NCBI GenBank assembly: GCA_049724395.1
Contig: JAUGWO010000070.1
Location: 124,001-188,000 of the forward strand
Reading direction: 5' to 3'
From: Spongospora subterranea f. sp. subterranea
Taxonomy: Eukaryota
DNA length: 64,000 nucleotides
Within the stretch, counting starts at the first letter, position 1, and each line of letters opens with the position of its first letter. Position numbers and translations under genes: made by a program. This document shows, in pieces, positions 56,510-64,000 of the stretch. The notes below the pieces were generated by a model, which was not told the DNA's origin, made no database searches, and worked only from the letters and a program-made list of their open reading frames with translations.

Positions 56510-57364
56510 TGACGAATAAACTGTTGTACCTGTTATTTTGTACCTCCATTGCCTGCAAGATGAAGCGAGAAAACCTGGCTCTGAAAAGCCTCGCCTGCCT
56601 CCAACGGATCCAGGCTTGGTCGTGCGGTAACTCTCAGATAAATTGTCGAAATCCCGAGTATAATCGAAACGCTGTTTTATCTGACTGGGCTCAACCGGAG
56701 CGTTGTTGTCGCCCGGCCCCAGCACCGTATTGCTCACCCCGTTCTCCTTCTTCGCCTCCTCAAAACAAATGGGATATTCCGCTAACGGTTTTCTCGAGAA
56801 CACCGCACTACTGTAACGATAACGAGGTTGTTCTACGGTCATGCCAATTTTCCGCCTACACTCGGATACAACGTTGCATAACGGTGATGCATGGGAGTTA
56901 CGTTCGGTGTGTGGTATAGGGTAACGATGATGACTGGTTTGGTCCAGTGATCAGACATTGATGATCGCGTTACCCCTGAGTGGTGATCGATTCCAAGTGT
57001 TGCTGTTCACTGGTGCATTTGCATTGAATGATCAGGGTGCGTTGTCATTTGGAGCGAAGTTCTTTGAATGATGGACCTAGAGAAAAGATTGCAAGAACAC
57101 CTCGAATCCCATTACGGGTGATGCACAGGGACAGGGTGGCACCAGTTTTCCATTGGTGTTGAAAACGAGCAAGTTTCAGGTAAGGAGAACGACGTCATTT
57201 GCTGACCAGTCGGAAGTTGCTCCTATTGGTGAAATATCAAGAAAAAATTTGAACAATCCGAAACACTGGCCGTCTGCAGTACATAAACTCCACTGAGATT
57301 TACAGCCAAGTTCTTGCCCTGGTCAAGAGTGTTAATAGTTTAGGTAGATACAGTGCATTAGTTC

Positions 57365-58015
57365 TCATAATTCTGCTCGTATGTCTTCACTATCTGATGA
57401 TGAATATTCGGACTTTGTTATCAGGCTCATTGTCGATGCAACTACCCCTGCCTGGGCGAGAATATCCATCTCTCGGTCGACATCGCTTTTGATGGGAGTT
57501 GTGGTGCTGATCAGCTTGATAGGTGCGGCTTTCTCAAGTTCGATAATCGTAATAACAGTTGCCCTCTCAGACGGATCATGCTTCAGAGTATGTTTTCTCG
57601 CATTGTAGGCCCTGCAGAATAGTTGGCAGCATACAGAGCAGGCGAAAGGTTTCTCTCCTGTATGACATCTTTCGTGCCGATGCAATGACCCTGCTTCTGC
57701 AAATGCTCTTGAGCATATCTCACATACATAGGGTCTCTCGCCAGTGTGGATTCGAAGATGGCGCTTCAAATCCGACCCTTTCCGAAACGTCTTATCGCAT
57801 ACCCCACAGTTGAACGGACGTTCATCTTTATGGATGCTTGCATGATGTTTTAGATTTGCTATTGAGTCAAACTTTTCATAGCATTTCGGGTGTTTGCAAC
57901 CGACAGTTAACAAGGGTCCATGCCCATGTTGTTGTTGAGCTGCTTCACCTCCTGTCGATGATGCTAGACTTAATAAGGCGGAGGATGCCATGCATTCACT
58001 CGGGGATAACTGCAT
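57365..58015 (-). CDS. C2H2 zinc-finger transcription factor (4 fingers), single exon
   Basis: Four Cx2-4C...Hx3-4H fingers with ERPF, TGERPY and TGEKPF linkers. Confidence 0.93.
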   Translation of the reverse strand: MQLSPSECMASSALLSLASSTGGEAAQQQHGHGPLLTVGCKHPKCYEKFDSIANLKHHASIHKDERPFNCGVCDKTFRKGSDLKRHLRIHTGERPYVCEICSRAFAEAGSLHRHERCHTGEKPFACSVCCQLFCRAYNARKHTLKHDPSERATVITIIELEKAAPIKLISTTTPIKSDVDREMDILAQAGVVASTMSLITKSEYSSSDSEDIRAEL

Positions 58016-58438
58016 GGGTAGCGTTGGAGAGAGGTAGAATGAGTGCTAATTTACTGGCTAAAGATGGGAAGAAGCAATAGGGCAGTGCAGACTCAAACAT
58101 CAGAGCTCGGACAGGGCGTTAACAGTGACACAGTGCAATTGCGTCCTGAATTCATTGGCAAGGGCCAAGGCGGTCTGCCCTCTGTGACTCAAATAATGCA
58201 GCCACAACTCTTACAGCTGTAACCTGACGCGTCAGAGAGTGGAACTACCCATATTCTGCCATAGCAAGCTCAAAAACACATGACAGAGTGTAGAAAACTG
58301 AAACAATGACATGTTTCCGATTGGCTGCTTGAATTTCTATTGCGGCTTTGTTTCGGGCCTCCGTTTCCCTGTATTGACTGAGTTTCGATTTTTCGTACAG
58401 AAAGAAGTAAATATTATTATGTTTATAGATAAACCGAT

Positions 58439-58944
58439 TTACTCCAACTTCTCTAGTTCCTGCATGCGTGATAAAATTGTATTCTTATTTGTTTCTTGTA
58501 ATTCTCCGGCCAAGATAAACTCATCGATAATTGCGTATACCTTGTAGAAGTTGAAAACTAGATCCAGTTCACAGACATTTCCGAAATATTTATCCAGAAG
58601 TTCAACGAAAAAATGGATAGCTTCTAGGTACGCAAACTCGTTATCGTTGATGTCAATACCAAAGCTGAAATAGAGACCAGCGTAGCGACGGTAAACAATC
58701 CGGAATGTTCTGTACTATCAGGGAAAAATATCAGGACCGTATCACATTGACCGTTTCACACGGTCAAGCAGATCCGATATATGCAACTAACCTCAATAAA
58801 ATTCGTGAATTTACTATCTCGATTAACCACAAGGTGATGGACTTCTCGTTCAACACTTCGCTTCTCATGGTTCTCATACGGAGTGTACCATTTTGATAGT
58901 CGAGTTTTGCCTTGCCTGTTCTGAAGCAGGACAAACTGAATCAT
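58439..58944 (-). CDS. AP2S1: AP-2 adaptor complex sigma subunit, 2 exons
   Basis: [33 protein letters not shown] / [56 protein letters not shown]. Confidence 0.96.
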
Positions 58945-60629
58945 TGTCCAACGATGTAGATGGATGTTGTATGCGTCGTGACGCGCCGCCGTGCTCTGAC
59001 GATATCTGCATTAAACGGGGCGTCAACAGGCTTCTCCCCGTCAGTGGCTGACTGGATGTCATGGGCCGCGCCACACATCGCACACCCAACTCCTCTCTTG
59101 ACGGCTTTTCTGTGTCGCCGATTCGCGTTTAGGCCTTGGCAAGGTCAGGGTCAACGACGGGAATCAGTGAATTCACCTGGCTCCATTCTCCTTCCGATAT
59201 AACGGATTCTATCGGCGAGTTCACAGGCTGATATCGAGATGTTGATTCGCTGACAGGATTAAACCGACGGATCGATCGGTGGCTTTCCAAACAAGACGGT
59301 TCTAATCTGTACGTCAATAAATGACCTCATAGCGTCGTTGAACGTTACGAATTTTTGTATTACGAAGGATTAAGACCCGGTCTTTTCTAGAACAAACCCG
59401 CTTTCGTTCGTCTCCATGACTTCAGTTTTTGGTACAAAAAGTGTGCTTAAAATAGTTTTTCAATTTTTTTTATTGTTTTTTTCTCTACATATTGTCATAT
59501 AAATACATGTATGTAGGGTATAACTCTGGGCTGAATAATGCTATAAGCGTTTGACATTCCCTAAGCGCTTTGATATCCACAGCTAGCAGATATGCAGTTG
59601 CCAAATGGGTACTTGGACATGGGAAACTGTATTCGCCTGGGCGACACGGAAACCCGTGCAATGTTCCCGACCAGATTCTCTCGGAATGTCAAAACCAGGC
59701 ACGCCGGCTTTGTGGTCATCAACAGGTTTCAGGTGTTATGGTAGTCCATCGAATGTTGATCATAGCAACGACGCGGCTAATGTAGCGTACAATGATGTGC
59801 TAGGAAAATCACGAAAGAACGACTTTTACGATTGGGACTTGTATGCACCATAGGTCAATTCTCCATAGTGTTTGCCCTACGATTCAAAGATGAAATTTGA
59901 ATGACCAACACAGCCTGCGTGTCCTGTTGACACCTCAACAGAATCTGGTGAAAACGGTGAACGGGTTTTCAAATCTCCCAGTGGATACAGTTTTCATTTG
60001 GCATCGACATGTAAAGTCGCGTTCAGGGGTCATTGGTGAACGTTTTTGTCCAGGCAAGCCAACCCCCATGTGTATTCTACGGAAACGATGCGATGCAAGT
60101 TGCAATGAACATGGCGATAGGTCTGAGCTGAAAGATGTTAAAAGCGGGATGAACCGTTCCTATGATCACAGCTGGCAACGATAGATTTTCAGATTATCTA
60201 ACGGAAACACTGGCCCGGGCAAACCGTTTACAAGATCATGATGGTAAACCAACCATGGTGGCTTGAGTTTGACATCACCTGCATCACCTGCGTGATTCAT
60301 CAGGCTGGCCTCGCCACCTGGTCTTTTCAGATACATGTCGTTTTTTCTCAAGATATCGCGTCGCTTACGATTTCTCAAATTCTCTTGTTGAGTTTTATGA
60401 AGATGGGCCAGTGAATCCGCAGCTCGTACCGAAGCGGGTCCAATCGTGGTCAGGATCGCTGCAGAAGCCATGGGTGTCGCAAAAACAAGTTCGTTGATCC
60501 AGAGAGAAATCGCGAGAATGATCCGAAAACCTTTAGATGAGCATGCCAGAATCAGACGCAGAATTCACTTGAACCGGTGGTTAAACAGCCCATTATTCCT
60601 GAAACATGGAAATACGACAAACAACGAGA

Positions 60630-61260
60630 CATCGTTTTGTCGTGGATGTCAGCGACACCGTTTGATACACAGTGCTGTGCTTCGCCCCTTAAATCGTTGG
60701 CGATGTCGCCACAAACGAATTCACGAACGCGTTGGCGTTCAACGCACTCACATGATCGACCAAGATGGGGAGTTTGTCCCTTTCAGCATGATTACGCCTT
60801 CAAATGGAATCGGGGATGAAATGACGATGTTCTTGCACTCTCTCCATGGTTGCTGCTCAAATCGATCTCATCGCTCAGCTTATTGCATCGATATTGAATC
60901 AGGGTGTTTTGAACCCAAAGCAACAAGGATTTGAGTTCAGCTGACAATTTCATGGGCTCGAAATTCGGGAACAATCGTGGAAGACTGGTCATAGATTTTG
61001 TGAGAATTGCCTAATAGGTACTTAGATCCTCGCTTCCCTGATACCAATGGAAGATCTGGTCCAAGGGGATTCAACACTAATGTTCGTCTCAAAGCGTTGA
61101 CGTATTATGAATACGACGACCAGATGGATAACGCTGCGAAAACATGGCCCAGTTTTATCTTCAAAAGCGACAGTGTTTCAACAAGCCGGAGCTTGTTTCT
61201 TCGAGAAGCATGGATGAAATGGGGCATCGCCCATCTGGCTTTCCTATCCATAGTACTTCA
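60630..61260 (+). mobile_element. Decayed hAT transposase relic (copy 1)
   Basis: Motifs in the expected order across frames: GCQRHRL (CxxHxL), RTRWRST..MID, KWNR..., YLDPRF. Confidence 0.65.
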
Positions 61261-61479
61261 ACGAGGCGAACATTAGTGCTAACTGTCCGATTTTGTCGTC
61301 GCAAAACCATCAAACACACCTTTGGACCACAGTTAAGTTGTCTGTGTATTGGGGTCTGAAGGGTTAGGAAAGCGAGATCTAACTGACACAATCTCTGATC
61401 AATATTCCACGATAGTGTCCGAGTTTCACAGCCATGGGATTGCCAGGCTGCAGCGGAATTCCGTGTTTCCTGAGGTCGA

Positions 61480-61640
61480 TGCTCGCTGATTTTGGTGTCG
61501 ACAGCAACGCTGAGCGATTAGATCGATTTGAGCAGCAACCATAGAGAGGATACCGGGTGAGTCTGGCCAAGCGTTTTCCATAGCTGACCCCACTCTGGCT
61601 GCAAGAGTTTCGTCACTGCATCAACCCGATTCCATTCCAA
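61480..61640 (-). mobile_element. Decayed hAT transposase fragment (copy 2, inverted relative to copy 1)
   Basis: EWNRVDAVTKLLQP...SMVAAQIDLIAQ. 61509-61548 is the reverse complement of 60840-60879 at 38/40 nt. Confidence 0.65.
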
Positions 61641-61912
61641 ACGCGTCCAATCTGAACACAGCAAGCGGGTCTTCAACTCAGCTCTTCATCGTGATGTAAA
61701 TCAGAATAGCTTAGGAAGGTTGTAGGTAAAGATCGCGAATATATGATTTGGCCCAAACCTTTTACCCTACCTTGCTTGCGTAATTACGCCTATATCACAC
61801 AACGGAACAGCCCTCCTCGACGATTCGATTCATAAGATTCTGACCCTCATGGGCAGGCGATTGCACAGCGAAGTTTAGGAAATCGGATAAATGTATTTTA
61901 TGAAGTAGAACA

Positions 61913-63476
61913 TTACGAGGATGGCGAAGTGCTATCAACGACGTAAAACAGAATCGCCATGTAGTGAAGCGCGGATCCGACCAACACCCATAAATGCCAA
62001 ATGATGTGCATCGCTGGCCGACCATGGCCTTGGATTAGAAACAGTACTCCGATCGTGTAAGCCACGCCACCTTGCAAAAGCAAAAATAACGCTGGTTCGG
62101 GAATCAGCTTTGATTGTATAACCGGGATTGCTGCAACAACCTAAGGAGCGTCAGCGAAAATTAGCAGATAATTGTCAACTGTGGTCAACTTACACACATC
62201 CACCCCATTGTCAGATAAAGCGTCGTCGAAATCTACAACGGTGAATCAGAAAACGTGAAGGTAAAACTAACAGTAATTAATGATTGGCGTACGACAGTAA
62301 AATGCTTGTGTGTTCGCATAAACGTGGAGAAATATAGCCCAAAACAAGCTAATAGCCAGATAGCGAGCAGCATCGGTTGGGCGATTTCTGGGCGCATTTC
62401 AAGCGATATCACCAGAAACGGGGTATATGTTCCAGCAATCAGAGTGAACACGCTTCCGTGGTCGAGATATTTGAACAACGACTTGGCAGCTCGTAGTTTG
62501 AACAAGCTGTGATACAATGTAGAGCTGAGGTACGTCAGACAAAGCGCAAACGTATAGGGTGCAGTGCCGAGGAGCGGGCGCCAGTTTGGCGACAGCAACG
62601 CCTTCTTAATCAGTATCCACGAGCACATTATTGCGACGATGAAGCCGATGCCATGGGTGATGGAATTGATAACTTCATGAACGTAGAGATTGCTCTCGCA
62701 ATCAACTGTAGGCGATGGTGCAGATGAGTGTTTCTGCAGTTCTCGCACAGAATCAGAAATACCTGTGATGGCCGTATCGCATTCTTGAATGGCAGTTACG
62801 ATGGACTCCCCTAATTGGTTTGATGAGACATCGAGGTTCTTTAGCGTTGAGTTACATTTAAGAATTGCTGAACCATTATAGCAATCAGGGGCGATGTGAT
62901 GTCAATGGATACAATGCGGGTACAAAGGATTCGGTCTTTGACTGAATGGCCTAACGAGCACCGCCGAAAATTCACCGACACCAAAGGGCATTTGGGATCG
63001 CTAAGATAATCGAGTAGAGGGAATATTGCAGGGGAACCGATACGACATCCCTAAAACTCACAGCATTTTAAACAAACGCCCATTAGAGCCGAGCAGCGTA
63101 TACTTCAAGGTTCAACAGCACCAGGTTGGGGAGCAGTGAGAGGCAGTCGACCAGCAGGATGACACCCGCTCGGGACAGCCTGGAGCGCGGAAGATGCAGT
63201 TCTTTCAGGTGGGGACACCTCTCCAGAACAACGTTCAGCGGGAGCATATCGATAGCCTGGATCGGTTTATCCACCACCATGATTTCGCAATGGAACTTCA
63301 GCGCCGCACAGATCCCTGATGGGAAAAAAGACGGTGAATTGCCGGCAATTCACGAAACGCTGATAGAATCGCCTCGACTGACCAGCATCTGCAGCCGTAT
63401 TTAACCGTTGGCATTCGTAAACGTAAAGATCAAGATTCGCCGTCGATGACGTCGTTGTTGACAGAAGTTTGGTCAT
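61913..63476 (-). CDS. LRR (RNI-like) - hemolysin III/PAQR fusion protein, multi-exon
   Basis: LRR exons (LKELHLPRSRLSRAGVILLVDCL..LVLLNLEGCRIG..LKNLDVSSNQLG) join in frame via intron 62706-62762 to HEVINSITHG, SSTLYH, KYLDH..IAGTYTPF, HIIWHLWV..LHY. Confidence 0.88.
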
Positions 63477-63729
63477 GTTGGACAGTTCTGAGGTGGGATG
63501 CGTGCCCCCCTACCTAGACCAGATGGCACGGGAATACCCGGATTGCTGAGGGTTTTGCGCTGTTTTTCAGACCAGCTCTAGTGTAGCGCCAGGATCCCCG
63601 TAACGAGATTCGCCCCATGCAGTTCGTGTAGCGGCGAGGGCAGCACATGTTCCCGCCGTAGGCGGAGCCTGGAATATGGGCCGCGTTTTCCAGGCCCGGC
63701 GATGGTGTTGGAGGGGGTGGGGGGAATGA

Positions 63730-64000
63730 CTATCGACAGATTTCGTGTATAAAATTTGATACGTTGTCGATGATTTGTTGTTGCGTTGAACTGTGGGGTC
63801 GACCCCGAGTGGTATACTGGCTCTTTACGGTGGTTAGTAGCGAACCAGCCAGTATCGCCCCTGCATTTACCCAGCCGTCAATGCCTTGGTCGTTATTGAT
63901 GTTTCTCTCCAAGCATTTGGAGAGATTTTCACAGATCAGATCAAGGACGGAGAGTTTGACGACAAAAGGCAGCACATCAGTTCTGTTGACATAAACTGCT
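63730..64000 (-). CDS. Possible 3' part of a hypothetical gene near the window edge
   Basis: Protein-like open frame (81 aa in the ORF track) with no recognisable motif. Confidence 0.25.
   Translation of the reverse strand, partial: AVYVNRTDVLPFVVKLSVLDLICENLSKCLERNINNDQGIDGWVNAGAILAGSLLTTVKSQYTTRGRPHSSTQQQIIDNVSNFIHEICR

Noticed and set aside
56384..56919. Overlapping 152-aa and 137-aa ORFs
   Set aside because: No motifs, they overlap each other and the membrane-protein gene end, and they are probably decayed repeat or spurious.
59570..60200. MULE transposase remnant (YSFHLASTCKV resembles FVLHIDATYKL)
   Set aside because: The similarity is too weak to call by eye.
63500..63600. Telomerase RNA (GCGCTGTTTTTC matches the vertebrate pseudoknot segment)
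   Set aside because: No telomeric template and no P3 pairing partner are visible, so the 12-nt match is probably chance.

Overview
A gene-dense eukaryotic window with many short (about 45-65 nt) GT-AG introns and tiny intergenic gaps. It carries flagellar genes (IFT140, TCTEX1D2, LRRC49), a WAVE-complex gene (NCKAP1) and a chitinase. By inference this fits a zoosporic, amoeboid protist such as a phytomyxid rhizarian (Spongospora/Polymyxa-like); the sequence alone does not prove it. About 23 protein genes can be modelled, interspersed with decayed transposon relics (a plant-type DD39D mariner with a Stowaway-like TIR, several hAT pieces, possible Tc1 and LINE remains). The most striking content is two dsRNA-processing genes: an 855-aa, five-dsRBD protein whose first and last dsRBDs closely resemble those of DGCR8/Pasha (15867-18655), and a single-RNase III protein with a Mini-III-type active site plus 2-3 dsRBDs (45675-48181). 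Together they suggest a non-animal Microprocessor-like or non-canonical Dicer pathway. Other notable items are an intron-containing MscL channel with a zinc ribbon, an LRR-hemolysin III/PAQR fusion, a hidden 57-aa COX7C-like microgene, and a GH19 chitinase in a transposon graveyard. All homologies were recognised by eye from remembered motifs; no searches were run. Several genes show apparent indels that may be assembly errors.
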